A DNA stretch of 61,541 bases, the filler included. It is 9 parts of 9 records of this genome, joined end to end, with 100 filler letters (N's around TTAATTAATTAA, not from the genome) between each part and the next. Parts side by side here need not be neighbours in the genome. Positions count along the whole stretch, not along the records: positions 19,345 to 26,024 come from SRR31147125_73752; positions 26,125 to 34,644 come from SRR31147125_73851; 7 more parts are not named here. The stretch is one strand, 5' to 3'. Every line of letters starts with the position of its first letter. Within the stretch, counting starts at the first letter, position 1. The translations under genes and the position numbers were made by a program. The notes under the pieces are model-generated. The model did not search any database. It saw nothing but the letters and a program-made list of their open reading frames with translations, and had not been told where the DNA came from. Of the stretch, positions 22,326 through 32,932 are shown piece after piece.

Positions 22326-23105
22326 TCAATCGGATGAATGTTCAACGATAAACAGGCGCATGTACTTGCCGGCGCGCAGGAGCGCCTTGCCGCCTGTAAA
22401 ATGCGCCAAATCCTGTCCCAGGCAGATGGCCGTCGGGTTGCGGGTCAGTTCCGGAACCAGAAAACTGGTTTCGTCCACCACCATCTCTTGCATGTCCGCC
22501 GAAGGGGTGAGGCTCACCAGGTATTCGTTCAGCCGAAGGGGAACGCCATCGATAACCACGATACGCCGCAGTCGGATTCTTAAATGCTCGATTCCATCGA
22601 TTTCCTGATCCTTGGAAATCACATTGAAGTTTTCGGGAATCGTGTCGGCGAAGGCGTTTCGAATCAGATCCACAGCAGCCGTTTCCTTATCAAGCCCGGC
22701 GAATCTGCGCTGGTTTTCCCTGGCTTTGCGGCTTTGCGACTCCAGTCGGATGGCCCTGGCCTTGAGACCCTTTTTGGGGATGATTTCCAGGGTAAATACA
22801 TCTCCGCTTTTCGTAATGACGTAAATGACCCCCTGTTTTGCGGTTTTACCCAGCGTAACGAAGGCATCGTTTCCCTGGTACTCCACTTCCATCTGCAGCC
22901 CTTGGGGAGCGTTGATGTTTTGGATGGGCTCGCTGCAATGGATACGGTTGATGGTTCCCGGCGTCATTTTGACCGGGGGCAGTTGTTCCGATACCCCGTA
23001 ATGGGTTGTCTGTTTTATGATCTGTCCGGATGCCTGGGACAGCGCCGGAAACAGTGAGGCGGCTAAAATGAGGACCAAATATTGGGATCGTTTTTTATGC
23101 TCCAT
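22326..23105 (-). CDS. traK: TraK secretin-like protein
   Basis: Signal peptide, INRIHC motif, position between traE and traB. Confidence 0.8.
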   Translation of the reverse strand: MEHKKRSQYLVLILAASLFPALSQASGQIIKQTTHYGVSEQLPPVKMTPGTINRIHCSEPIQNINAPQGLQMEVEYQGNDAFVTLGKTAKQGVIYVITKSGDVFTLEIIPKKGLKARAIRLESQSRKARENQRRFAGLDKETAAVDLIRNAFADTIPENFNVISKDQEIDGIEHLRIRLRRIVVIDGVPLRLNEYLVSLTPSADMQEMVVDETSFLVPELTRNPTAICLGQDLAHFTGGKALLRAGKYMRLFIVEHSSD

Positions 23106-23655
23106 TTTTTTGGGTTACTCCCGTAATCATGAAGGTACCATCATCGATTTCATATTCGATGATGTGGTTTTCGATTGATTCCTCGATGCGCACGTCATCG
23201 GCAAACTTGCTCCGCAGGCCGATCAACTCGATCTGGTTTGTAGTTCCCAATCTGGTAATCGTATTGACTTGAAAGGAGGAGCTGATCCTCAGGCGAATCA
23301 CCTCTTCGATGATTTTGTCGAGATCGCTTCGCATGGAGCTGAATACGCGAGGGGACGTCAGTTTTAGAAAATCGGAAAAGTTCTGCTCGGCGTTGCTCGG
23401 TGTGTAATCAAGCAGCAGCTTGATCGAATACCGGCTCATCAGTTTGAGATATTCATCATCGGCATCGTTGCCCCTGATTTCGATTTTATGATCCACCATC
23501 GGTGGTAGGATCACCACTTTCTGGTTGTTCATCGCGTGGTAGGCCACAAGTGAATTGACGATGGTGACACCCATCGTCAGCAACAGGCAGAACTTGAGGA
23601 GCCTGTTTTCGGCCATGGCATTGGCCAATTTTTCGCCGTAAATGGATAGCTTCAT
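23095..23655 (-). CDS. traE: TraE (VirB8-like)
   Basis: N-terminal TM, 'VVILPP', 'EYLKLM...LLDYTPSN'; ATG overlaps the traL stop. Confidence 0.85.
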   Translation of the reverse strand: MKLSIYGEKLANAMAENRLLKFCLLLTMGVTIVNSLVAYHAMNNQKVVILPPMVDHKIEIRGNDADDEYLKLMSRYSIKLLLDYTPSNAEQNFSDFLKLTSPRVFSSMRSDLDKIIEEVIRLRISSSFQVNTITRLGTTNQIELIGLRSKFADDVRIEESIENHIIEYEIDDGTFMITGVTQKNGA

Positions 23656-23924
23656 TCGATAAACCTGTTGGCAAAATAATCCGGATAATTGACGAACCTG
23701 TAAAATCCGCTGAAATAGGCAAGATGCCGGATAAACCCCCTGGGAAAATTGCGATTGAGCCAGATGAAGGATGCGACCATTACCAGATTGAGGATCAGGA
23801 CTATCCACTGAAATTGAAAGATCGTGCAAAAGTAGAAGGACAGAAGGCACATGATGAATTCATCGCTTTGCAGCCCGACAAACCGGACCTGCTCGTTTAA
23901 ATAGCGGGGTATCTGATATCGCAT
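23652..23924 (-). CDS. traL: TraL
   Basis: IPRYLNEQ...DEF...PRGFIRHLAYFSG motif. Confidence 0.85.
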   Translation of the reverse strand: MRYQIPRYLNEQVRFVGLQSDEFIMCLLSFYFCTIFQFQWIVLILNLVMVASFIWLNRNFPRGFIRHLAYFSGFYRFVNYPDYFANRFIE

Positions 23925-23950
23925 GAGTTAACCTCCATGTGACAACGTCG

Positions 23951-24265
23951 TTAAAACAGATATGTCGAGACGGTTATTCCAAGCGAGATCACGACATCCT
24001 CGATGAAGATGATCAGCCCGGCGCAGATGGCACAGACGATGGTGCCGAACACATTGCTGCGCACCGCCCAGAATATGGCGTAGAGGACTAATCCTGCGGC
24101 GATGGTGAAACCAATGGCGCCCGTCAGAATTTCGTTCATGAAAAGGTCGTAGACGCTGTACGCGAAACTTCCGGAGGCCGGCGCTTGGAAAGCGGATGCC
24201 ACCATCGGGTAAAATCCGATGGTTAAAACAAGCATGGCGATACTTAATTTTCGGACGGCTTGCAT
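23951..24265 (-). CDS. traA: Conjugative pilin (TraA-like)
   Basis: 104 aa, leader ending ASA, hydrophobic helices, GGAGG RBS, directly upstream of traL. Confidence 0.7.
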   Translation of the reverse strand: MQAVRKLSIAMLVLTIGFYPMVASAFQAPASGSFAYSVYDLFMNEILTGAIGFTIAAGLVLYAIFWAVRSNVFGTIVCAICAGLIIFIEDVVISLGITVSTYLF

Positions 24266-24269
24266 GACT

Positions 24270-24446
24270 TTAGTCCTCCCTTTGGCGATTTTGTTGATGG
24301 ATGATTTTACAATCGATGATATCGCTGCCATGAAAAAGCCTCGGCTCGGCGACATTTATTGTGGCGACTCTGTCGGCGGTGACCGGCTGTTTGGCGCAAC
24401 CGATCAACACGGCCATAGCAATGATTGCGTAAAGGATGTGTTTCAT
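24270..24446 (-). CDS. 58-aa small lipoprotein (below the ORF-track cutoff)
   Basis: MKHILYAIIAMAVLIGCAKQP...; lipobox LIGC; ATG overlaps the rep stop (ATGA). Confidence 0.7.
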   Translation of the reverse strand: MKHILYAIIAMAVLIGCAKQPVTADRVATINVAEPRLFHGSDIIDCKIIHQQNRQRED

Positions 24447-25861
24447 GGTGAGTCCCTGACGGTTTGACTTTTCAAAAGGCCGTAATTTCGGATGACCATG
24501 ATTTTCAAAATCCGATCGGCTTCCTTTTTGACGCGCTTTTTCCAGAGGTCGGTCAGCGGCGAGGGAAGGGGATACCTTTCCTGGATTTCCTTGAGCACCT
24601 GGTTATCCACCGCCCTGTGGAATCCGGGGTGATTCTCCCCCAACAGGTTGCCGATCGAGGCATGCACGGCTGCCTTGGCAACCTCAAAGAGGGTCTTTTG
24701 TTCGGGATCCGAAAGGGTGGACAACTTATCCCTTGCTGCCGCCAATACCTGGCTTTTCTGGCCTCTGAGACTGGGGACTTTCTTTTCGGCCTGCTGCCAG
24801 GCTTCGGTTTGGATGCGGCTTAGCTCCATCGGTGAGATGCACTCCAGGGTCTCCTGAACTTTCTGGTCGATCTGCCGATCCCGCTTTTCGATGTCGGCCA
24901 AAAGTTCCTGTTCGGCGCGCAGCGCTTCAAGGTCTCTTTCCTTTTGCCGGCGCTGTCGAATACGTTTCTCGTTTTGGGCTGCCTGCAGAACTTTCAGATC
25001 CTCGGTGCCCCAGCCATTTTCCAGCGAGCGTTTCAGGAATGCGGGAAATCCACCATTTTTGGTCGAATTGTGGGTGGCATAATCCAGCTCGGCGATGACG
25101 TACGACTTGCCGTGGGTTTTCAGGTATGCGTCGATGCTTGCCAGCACGTCCTTGTGGTCCTGGTAAATGTTGGGGATGCGGGATCGAATAGATTCTGGAA
25201 AATGATTATCAAAAGAAACAGCCGCCGCCTCGCCGGTTGTTGTTGTAGTCTCTGTAGTAATCTCTGTAGTGGTTTCTGTATACGTCCCCCCATTTTTTGG
25301 GGGGATGACCCCCAACTTTTTGGGGGGAGGTCCCCCATTTTTTTGGGGGGATATCCCCGTACTTTTTGGGGGGATATCCCCCAACTTTTTAGGGGGAGGT
25401 CCCCCTACTTTTTGGGGGGATCTGGATTTATTGGAAATTTTGATGATATTGTCGATGATCGGCTCGATATACATCACGTTGGTGATGGCAAGGCCGCTTC
25501 CCGTTTTGATATGGCGAAACTCGCGGGTGATCAGATTCTGGCTGACCAGATTGTCGATGGCGTTTTTAATCTGGTTTTTGGAAAAACCGAAGATGTCCGC
25601 ATATTCCTGGTAGGTTTTCTGGAGTTTGTCGGCCTGGAATTTTTGCTGAATACCGATCACATCGCCGGTGTGCTCGTCCCGGGTCATTATTGGCGTGTAC
25701 CAATAAACGATATCCGACAAGAGGATGATCGCGACAACATCAGGTTTACATGATGCGGTCAATATGTTACGAAACCAGCTGATCGGCGTGATATTTCCGG
25801 TCAAACGGCAGTTCAACATCTGCTGACAAACGGGATTGATTTTGGTGTCATTTTCGTTCAT
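24443..25861 (-). CDS. Phage-type replication initiator (winged-HTH, lambda O-like organisation)
   Basis: GNITPISWF...AIILLSDIVYWY...KFQADKLQKTY...LITREFR N-terminus, internal iteron array, then TETTTEITTET linker. Confidence 0.75.
   Translation of the reverse strand: MNENDTKINPVCQQMLNCRLTGNITPISWFRNILTASCKPDVVAIILLSDIVYWYTPIMTRDEHTGDVIGIQQKFQADKLQKTYQEYADIFGFSKNQIKNAIDNLVSQNLITREFRHIKTGSGLAITNVMYIEPIIDNIIKISNKSRSPQKVGGPPPKKLGDIPPKSTGISPQKNGGPPPKKLGVIPPKNGGTYTETTTEITTETTTTTGEAAAVSFDNHFPESIRSRIPNIYQDHKDVLASIDAYLKTHGKSYVIAELDYATHNSTKNGGFPAFLKRSLENGWGTEDLKVLQAAQNEKRIRQRRQKERDLEALRAEQELLADIEKRDRQIDQKVQETLECISPMELSRIQTEAWQQAEKKVPSLRGQKSQVLAAARDKLSTLSDPEQKTLFEVAKAAVHASIGNLLGENHPGFHRAVDNQVLKEIQERYPLPSPLTDLWKKRVKKEADRILKIMVIRNYGLLKSQTVRDSP
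25285..25420. repeat. Six tandem ~23-bp palindromic iterons (putative origin)
   Basis: Units CCCCC-N3-TTTTT-GGGGGGA-N3; the protein repeats only every 3 units (PPPKKLG 23 aa apart). Confidence 0.9.
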
Positions 25862-25878
25862 GGGAAATTCCTCTGGCT

Positions 25879-25899
25879 GGACATAAAGGCGGACATAAA
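25879..25899 (+). repeat. Direct repeat, putative integrase arm-type sites
   Basis: GGACATAAA-GGC-GGACATAAA about 95 bp from the att core. Confidence 0.55.
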
Positions 25900-25994
25900 T
25901 TGCCCATGAACTTAAGGATTTTTGAGCGGATGTTGAGCCCTATGAGACTGTAATTTCAGAAGGTTACTACAGTGATAGGGGGACTGGGAGGGAC

Positions 25995-26024
25995 CTCTCA
26001 CGCCGGTAACGGGGGTTCGAATCC
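25995..26024 (+). mobile_element. att core: duplicated 3' half of tRNA-Glu(CTC)
   Basis: CTCTCAC anticodon loop, GCCGG, TAAC, GGGGGTTCGAATCC T-arm; no 5' tRNA half upstream; contig ends inside it. Confidence 0.8.
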
Positions 26025-26219
26025 NNNNNNNNNNNNNNNNNNNNNNNNNNNNNNNNNNNNNNNNNNNNTTAATTAATTAANNNNNNNNNNNNNNNNNNNN
26101 NNNNNNNNNNNNNNNNNNNNNNNNTTTTTCTCTGGGTAACGTAAACGACCACTTTAGGTCAAGCAAAATCATCGCACCAAAAGATATCTATGTCCGTCCA
26201 TAAAAAGGATAGGCACGCG

Positions 26220-27196
26220 TCAGGCACATGATGCCAACCGGCGTTGACTTTTGCGTGGCAACCCGTTGATATTGGGCATGCAAAAAGAAAACTCATTGGC
26301 CGCAGAGCATTCCACGCAACGATAGGTCACCATCGCCGATCTGCATTTGACCGCATCGCGGATATCGGATTCACACTCCAAAAGTCCACCACAAGAACAC
26401 GAGCGGGGACCACGAAAACGCAGACGATCCCGCCAACGTCCTCTTCGAGGATGCTAACCTCGCCCAGCCCCAGCATGGTCCATTCTTCCGCCAATTCCGT
26501 ATAAAACCGTCGCGTGCGAATGCTTCTTTGTTTGGCCAGGGTCCTTCCGGTGGCCGTTTTTAGTGTATCCGGCGCATGATAGGCATAGGTCAGTTCGACG
26601 CTCATGCGGATCATCAGTTTATCATCCAGAAACTGGCGGCGCATGGCCTTTTTGGCAAAAAACTGGGCAACGCCCATATTTCCCAGTTTATCGAGACAAT
26701 CCGCATCGAAAACGATGCGGCCCACATCGTTGGTCACATCTCCGTCAAGGTAGCAGGAAAGGATGGCCTCCTTTATCGTCGGTATCCATTTTTCGTAAAC
26801 GCTTCCCGATAGAATCTGTTCGACAAGCAAAACCGCATTTTTCTCTTCCGGTGTGTCGTCCGCGTGATAGCTGCCATGGGCAAATTTTCCCATGTCATGG
26901 AAAAGCCCGGCCAGCAGTGCCGGTTCTGTTGGGCAGCCCTCCTTTTTGGCAATGTAAAGGGCGATGCGGCCGACTCTCAGGCTATGGGCCCAGAGGCTGG
27001 AAAAGGTCTCATCGGTCCACTGGTGTTGAAAGGCGGTTTCCTGTTCGGTCAGGGTCTGGCGAACCGCCTGCAACACATCCGGTGAAAGGGCTTGAAAGGC
27101 ATCCTCAGCGAACGGCGTCTCCGGCTGCCAAATCTGTGGACCAGCATTTTGAGAATACTTGGTCGATACCTTCTGTGGATCTTGCTTTTCGGACAT
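26220..27196 (-). CDS. HD-domain hydrolase with Cys-rich C-terminal tail (frameshift near 26405)
   Basis: AHSLRV, LFHDMGK and FDADCLD motifs; the alternative frame continues SCSCGG...KC...RCVECS...FCMP to TGA at 26220. Confidence 0.75.
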
Positions 27197-27304
27197 CGTA
27201 AAACGAGAGGCCGCGAACATTTTGGAAATAGATCGAATCATCTTGTTATTTTTTCTAATACACGTTCATCCATACAATGGATATGGAATTATAATAAACA
27301 AGCG

Positions 27305-28792
27305 CTAATCGGCGGGAAGCAACACCGTAAATGTGGTCCCCTTCCCAGGCACGCTTTCCACGTTGATACGCCCTTTCAGCGCTTCCACCAATCCCTTGAC
27401 GATGGGCAATCCCAATCCGGTTCCGGTGATAAAACGGGTCTTGTCGTTTTTCACACGAAAAAAACGATCAAAAATTTTATCCAGGTATCGTTCCTCGATA
27501 CCAAAGCCATTGTCGATCACCTGTACCCGCAGGTTGATGCCGGATAAATCGACCCTTACGGTAATTTCACCGCTTTTTTGAGTGTAATTGATGGCGTTGG
27601 CGATCAGGTTACCGAAAATGCTTTCCAGGGCCAATGGATCGGCTTTGATCGTAGGCAATGGGCCTTCCGGCCGATCCAAGGTCAACGCCTGGGATTTATT
27701 TTTGGCCCGTATGCTCATAAAATCCACAATATTGCTTAACAGTTCTTCCAGCAACACGGGTTTGGGTTCCTGACATGTGGTTCCCGATTCGATACGCGAC
27801 AGATCCAGCAGATCCCCGATGGTGGATATCAATCCTTGGGTCTTTTCCTTGGCCCTGGATAAAAGATGCTCTTCCGATTCACTGAGTTGGCCCATCAGGT
27901 CGTTGAGCACCAATGCCAGTTGCTCGTGAATGGTGGATAATGGACTTCTCAGTTCATGGGAAACCTTGGCCACGAATTCAGACTTGAGCCGGTCCAGCAC
28001 TTTCATGTTGGTTATATCGACAACGGTAACGACGGCCCCCAGACACTCTTTGCGTTCACCCAATACGGGTCTGCCACGGGCCATCAAAAAACGATCTCCG
28101 CCAGCGGAAAATTCGTACGTTGGAATATCGTCAAAATCCACATGACGGCCACCGGAAATTTCCACAATCAACTGACACAGCCCATCATCGGGGATATATG
28201 CCGATATTTGATCACCGGTAGTGATCTCCTCGTTTAGTGACAGAAGCCGTCTGAACGCCGGGTTCATCAACATCACCTGACCATCGGCATTGGTCACCAC
28301 AATACCGTTGGGAAGTGAATCGATAATGGTATGGACCCTGCTTTTTTCCGTTCCAAGGTCTGCGAGGGTGCGCCGGCGTTCCGCCTGCAGATTGGCGGCT
28401 TCTTTTTTAAGCAATATTTTTTCCAGCGCCCGATTGACCACGATGCGCAGTTGATCCGGCTCGAACGGTTTGGGGATAAAATCATAAGCTCCCCGTTTCA
28501 TGGCCTCGATGGCGGTTTCGATGGTGGCGAAACCGGTGATGATAATCACCAGGATATCCGGATTCATGGCCTGGATGCGTTTGAGTACCTCCATGCCGTC
28601 GATACCCGGCATTTTAAGATCCAACAGGACGATGGCCACGTCGGTGCGACCGACAATATCCAACCCATCTTCACCGTTTTTTGCCGTCAGCGCATGACAT
28701 CCCATGCGGTTGATTATTCGCGCCGATCCATCCCGGATACCCTTTTCATCATCTACCACCAAAACGGTTACAGGATCAGGCGTGCTCTGCAT
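27305..28792 (-). CDS. Hybrid REC-PAS-histidine kinase
   Basis: VLVVDDE/LLDLKMP receiver, SHELRSPL H-box, NLIANAINY and GTGLGL. Confidence 0.92.
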   Translation of the reverse strand: MQSTPDPVTVLVVDDEKGIRDGSARIINRMGCHALTAKNGEDGLDIVGRTDVAIVLLDLKMPGIDGMEVLKRIQAMNPDILVIIITGFATIETAIEAMKRGAYDFIPKPFEPDQLRIVVNRALEKILLKKEAANLQAERRRTLADLGTEKSRVHTIIDSLPNGIVVTNADGQVMLMNPAFRRLLSLNEEITTGDQISAYIPDDGLCQLIVEISGGRHVDFDDIPTYEFSAGGDRFLMARGRPVLGERKECLGAVVTVVDITNMKVLDRLKSEFVAKVSHELRSPLSTIHEQLALVLNDLMGQLSESEEHLLSRAKEKTQGLISTIGDLLDLSRIESGTTCQEPKPVLLEELLSNIVDFMSIRAKNKSQALTLDRPEGPLPTIKADPLALESIFGNLIANAINYTQKSGEITVRVDLSGINLRVQVIDNGFGIEERYLDKIFDRFFRVKNDKTRFITGTGLGLPIVKGLVEALKGRINVESVPGKGTTFTVLLPAD

Positions 28793-30271
28793 GGTCGGCT
28801 CCTTTTTCGATTTCATGGGTTATGGGAAGTTCAATGATAAAGGTACTGCCGCGGCCGGGAATACTTCGAGCGTATATATTTCCATTATGGTTTTCAATGA
28901 TACCATACACCACACTGAGGCCCAGTCCGGTTCCCTTGCCCTCCTCCTTAGTGGTAAAAAAGGTTCGAAAATATGCCTTAAATCCTCCGCCGGTATTCCC
29001 TGCCCGCTATCGGCGATTTCGATGATCACGCGATCTTTGTTGGCAGACTCCCGCGTATTGATACTGATCGTGCCGTTTCCGTCCATGGCCTGGGCGGCAT
29101 TGATGACGATATTCATGAAAACATGGCCGAGTTGTTGAGGGTCTGCCATTACCAAGGGAACGAAAGGGACCATCTGTTTTTGGACGCTGATATTGTGAAA
29201 CAGGGTCTGGTTTTCAATGAGGAAAAGTGTCCGCTCAATGGCTTTGTTGATATTCAGTGGTCGCATGAACTGGCGTGTCTGACGGGAAAATTCGAGCAAC
29301 TCCTTGACCGTTTCGCGGCAGCGTTGGGCATCCTTTAGAATACGGTGCAGATCTTCGCGGGCATTATCCTGGAGATCGTAATCCTCCAGCATGAGCTTGG
29401 TGTAAAGGGTAATACCGCCCAACGGATTGTTAAGCTGGTGTGCAACCCCGGCGGACAATTTTCCCAGGGATGCCATTTTTTCGGACTGGATCAGCTGGAG
29501 TTGGGTTTTTTCCAACTTTTTTTGAATATGGATACGCTCTCTTAAATCGTGGAAAAAACCGATGGAACCGGCTTCCTTGCCATTTTCGTCATAAATGATA
29601 GATGCGTATAGGCTGATGGGAAACGCCTCACCATTCTTTGCGATCGCATTGGTGTGGTATTTTTTCAGTTTTCCCTTACCGCCATAGGCTTCACTTCTCA
29701 ACCCACGCATTATTCTCCTGGCCCCATCGTTCTCATAAATTTCCCAGATATATAGCTTGTCCAGGGCCTCATCCACACTGTAGCCGGTCACCTGGGTGGC
29801 GGCATCATTGAAAATGATGATCTTACCGGTCATATCCGAGGCAACCACACCGTCACAGGCACTTTGCAAAATGTTGTATAAAAACGTGTTGGCCCGACGC
29901 AGTTCCTCCTCCAGCCCGTCGAGGGCGGGCAACTCGAAGTTAAAGATGGCCATTACCATTTGGCCGTCATCGTCCTCGATTGGATAGGCGTAAAGACAAG
30001 CGTGTTTTTGTTTACTCAGGGTGTTCGCGGAAAGATCCCGTAGCGAGGGGATTCCCGTATTCAACATTTTCTTGGCCGGGCACTTGTCACAGGGGTCGGG
30101 ACGATTGAAAAAGACCTCATGGCAACATTTTCCCGAAAGGGTATTCGTATTAATGGCAGCGTCGATTCCGGCGGATGCCAGAATACGAAAATTTTGCGAT
30201 ATTACAATTATTTTTCGATTGAACGCATCCAGCGCCTTAAGCAGTAAATTCCGCTCTTTGTCCGTGCGCAT
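28776..30271 (-). CDS. PAS-domain sensor histidine kinase (frameshift in T-run near 28958)
   Basis: [18 protein letters not shown] and DSGQGI; the corrected frame gives [15 protein letters not shown]. Confidence 0.9.
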
Positions 30272-30854
30272 CAGACCTCCCTGGGGGTTGAGGTTCCTGA
30301 AACACTCGTGGTCGAGCGATTAAAAGACAGATTGGTGGCATTGTCAACAGCTATGCAACGAAAAGCATGTTTCATTCTTGTTCGCCCCATGGTTTTCCAG
30401 GTGAATCAAAAACAATCAGGCCTTTTTTAAACAAACACCCATCGGAATCCGGTCAATAACTTTGGGGTTATGAACAATTTTTTCGCGATGAATAAAAATT
30501 CACAGTTATTGAGCCTCATATGGTTGATTTATTGACACTCAAAAACATAAAAAATTTAATAAAAATTAGGTGTTTATATATTTATCAACGGTTTATCAGC
30601 TCTTACTACAACTATTGTTTTCTTAAAAAATAAATTGTTGAATCCCCTAATTGTTTTTCCTTAATTATATTTCAACTGACTTAGTCAAGGCAGCCGCAAT
30701 TTATCATATCCGTTTTTGGCCATGGATTAAAAAAATAGTGGGTCCTACAGATGGTAACCGGAGAAAATAATCACGGAGGAGGATGTGTCGAAGTGTAGCT
30801 GCCGATAAAAGGAAGATATTATATAGCCTTGCAACTGTTTTCGCGTAATGAATC

Positions 30855-31150
30855 TTAACTGAGTTTAATTGATTGGAGGTAGGTTTCCCATTCCATGGGG
30901 AGCAGCTGTTTTTTTTATTGTTGCATGATTTACAGGCGGGAACCACATTTCCCTTGGATGTTTTTCCTCCCCTGGCCACGGGAACAATATGATCCATAGT
31001 CAACTCGGCTGGTGTCGTCGGTTGACCGCAGTAATAACAGTGGCCTTTGGCACAGCGACGTTTCCACCATTGGGAGGATCGAAGCTCTCGGGCTTTTTGG
31101 CGCTCCCGTTTGATATCCCGCTCATCCAGATCGTAAGCGTAAGGTTTCAT
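30855..31150 (-). CDS. Small HNH endonuclease (frameshift in A-run near 30912)
   Basis: CYYC...TMDHIVPVARGG...NVVPACKSCN. Confidence 0.85.
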
Positions 31151-32028
31151 GGTTTCTCCGTAGCGACAGGGTCCGTGGTTGGCGTGTTGATTTCCAATCC
31201 CAGGCCGGTCAGCCACTTGTCAATTCCATCCTGCAACATCGCATAGAAAGGCGCCGAGCCTCCCAAACCGGTTCTGCCGAAAAAATAGTTGATTTCCAAC
31301 ATCAACGGCCGCGGGTTGTCGCTTGGCAGATCTGATTCATGGAAAAGAATATCAAAACCGGCCAGATTTATTTTCGTTTGTTGGCAAAACCGTGTTGTCA
31401 GTGACAATGCCTCACGGCGGATCGCTGGACGCACCTTATGATCGATACGTGCGCCGTTAACGAGGCTGGTACCGAAACGTTCCGGGTTGTCCTGGATCCG
31501 CCAATAGGCTATCTGGCGTTGTCCGATGACAACGACCCGCAATGTCCGGTTTGCGTGGGGGACCATCGTTTGCAGGATAAATCCCCGTTGGCCGGATTTT
31601 TCGTAATCTGCCGTTTTTGCCAAGGCCTGGTCCAAATCAAAACGGGATCCGATCAGCTTGACGGTCTCGCCTTCGCCCCCCCAATCCAGTTTAAAGACCA
31701 TGGGAAAAACGATCGTTGAAGCGGTTTCCTGCCATCTATTTAGATGCGCCAGGTCATCAAACGTCCAGGTCTGCGGATGGGGAACGGTCATGGCTCTAAA
31801 CAGCCTGGCCTGACCGGTTTTTCCAGGGTATGCGAAGCGAGCATCGTAATTTGGGAAAACATGGCGGCAATGACTTGTGGCCATGTGGTAAAGCGTCTGC
31901 CGACACCCTTGGGGCAAAATCACGGCCGCAGCCTTTTTTATGGTTGCCAGATCATCGGCATCCGGATCCCTTCCCGCACACAGGTGATTGGTGTCGGCTT
32001 CGTAGCAAGGATGAAAGGAAATAATCAT
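31147..32028 (-). CDS. RimK-like ATP-grasp protein
   Basis: PMVFKLDWGGEG, FILQ, LRVVVIG, AGFD and LEINYFFG motifs. Confidence 0.8.
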   Translation of the reverse strand: MIISFHPCYEADTNHLCAGRDPDADDLATIKKAAAVILPQGCRQTLYHMATSHCRHVFPNYDARFAYPGKTGQARLFRAMTVPHPQTWTFDDLAHLNRWQETASTIVFPMVFKLDWGGEGETVKLIGSRFDLDQALAKTADYEKSGQRGFILQTMVPHANRTLRVVVIGQRQIAYWRIQDNPERFGTSLVNGARIDHKVRPAIRREALSLTTRFCQQTKINLAGFDILFHESDLPSDNPRPLMLEINYFFGRTGLGGSAPFYAMLQDGIDKWLTGLGLEINTPTTDPVATEKP

Positions 32029-32932
32029 CAGTATCCGAATTTGCGTAACGCCTTGGTATCCTTGGTCCAGTTTTTCTGTACGCGCACAAACAGTTTTAGA
32101 AAAACGCGGGTGTCCAGCATATCTTCTATGGCCTGCCTGGCGGCTTCGCCGATCTGTTTGAGCTTGACCCCCTTCCTGCCGATGACGATTCCCTTCTGAG
32201 AGTCACGCTCCACGTTAATGGTGGCGTGAATGCGGATTAGTGATCCGTTTTTTTCCTCCTTGAATTCGTCGACGGTAACCGCCACGGCGTAAGGAATTTC
32301 CTGACCGGTGAGGCGAAATGCCTTTTCACGGATTATTTCGGCGGCGATGAATCGCATGGGCAAATCCGTTAAACTGTCCATTGGAAAAAAAGGGGGACCG
32401 ACGGGAAGAGCCGTTTCCATGATATCCAGCAACTGACTCACCTGCTCTCCGCTTTTGGCGCTGATGGGAACAATACCCATGAAGGCAAACGCCGCTGACC
32501 AGCTTTCAATCTGACCGAGCAGTTCCGGACGCTTGATTTGATCGATTTTGTTGAGGGCTAAGAGGGCCGGTTTTTTTTGCTGGGCCAGTTTGCCAATCAG
32601 CAATGCCTCGGATTTTTTGTCCGGGGCATTGGCGTCGGCTACCATTAGGATAATATCCACCTCCGCCAAGGTGGCCAGGGCGGCGTCCACAATACGGCTG
32701 TTCAGCGGAGTCTTTGAGCGATGAATCCCAGGCGTATCCAGAAAAATGATCTGCGCCGCCGGGCGTTGAACCACGCCCAAAATGCGGTTACGGGTCGTTT
32801 GCGGTTTTTGGAGGTAATGGATATTTTCTGGCCCAGCATGCGATTGAGCAGGGTGGATTTCCCCGCATTGGGTGCTCCTAAAATGGCAACATAGCCGGAT
32901 CTGAACGGTTGGCTGGCTTCGGTCTCACTCAT
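32028..32932 (-). CDS. era: GTPase Era (frameshift near 32805)
   Basis: [17 protein letters not shown] and KH domain SQKGIVIG. Confidence 0.95.

Larger units (their letters stand above)
19345..26024 (-). mobile_element. End of an integrative conjugative element (MPF-F type)
   Basis: att core followed by rep-lipoprotein-traA-L-E-K-B-V-C. Confidence 0.8.

Noticed and set aside
25285-25420. Possible CRISPR array or G-quadruplex locus
   Set aside because: Repeats are contiguous with no unique spacers and no cas genes; intragenic iterons explain them
25995-26024. Functional tRNA-Glu gene
   Set aside because: No acceptor, D-arm or 5' anticodon stem upstream; only the 3' half is present
10964-26024. 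Eukaryote-to-bacterium transfer next to the conjugative element
   Set aside because: The segments are separate contigs divided by a spacer
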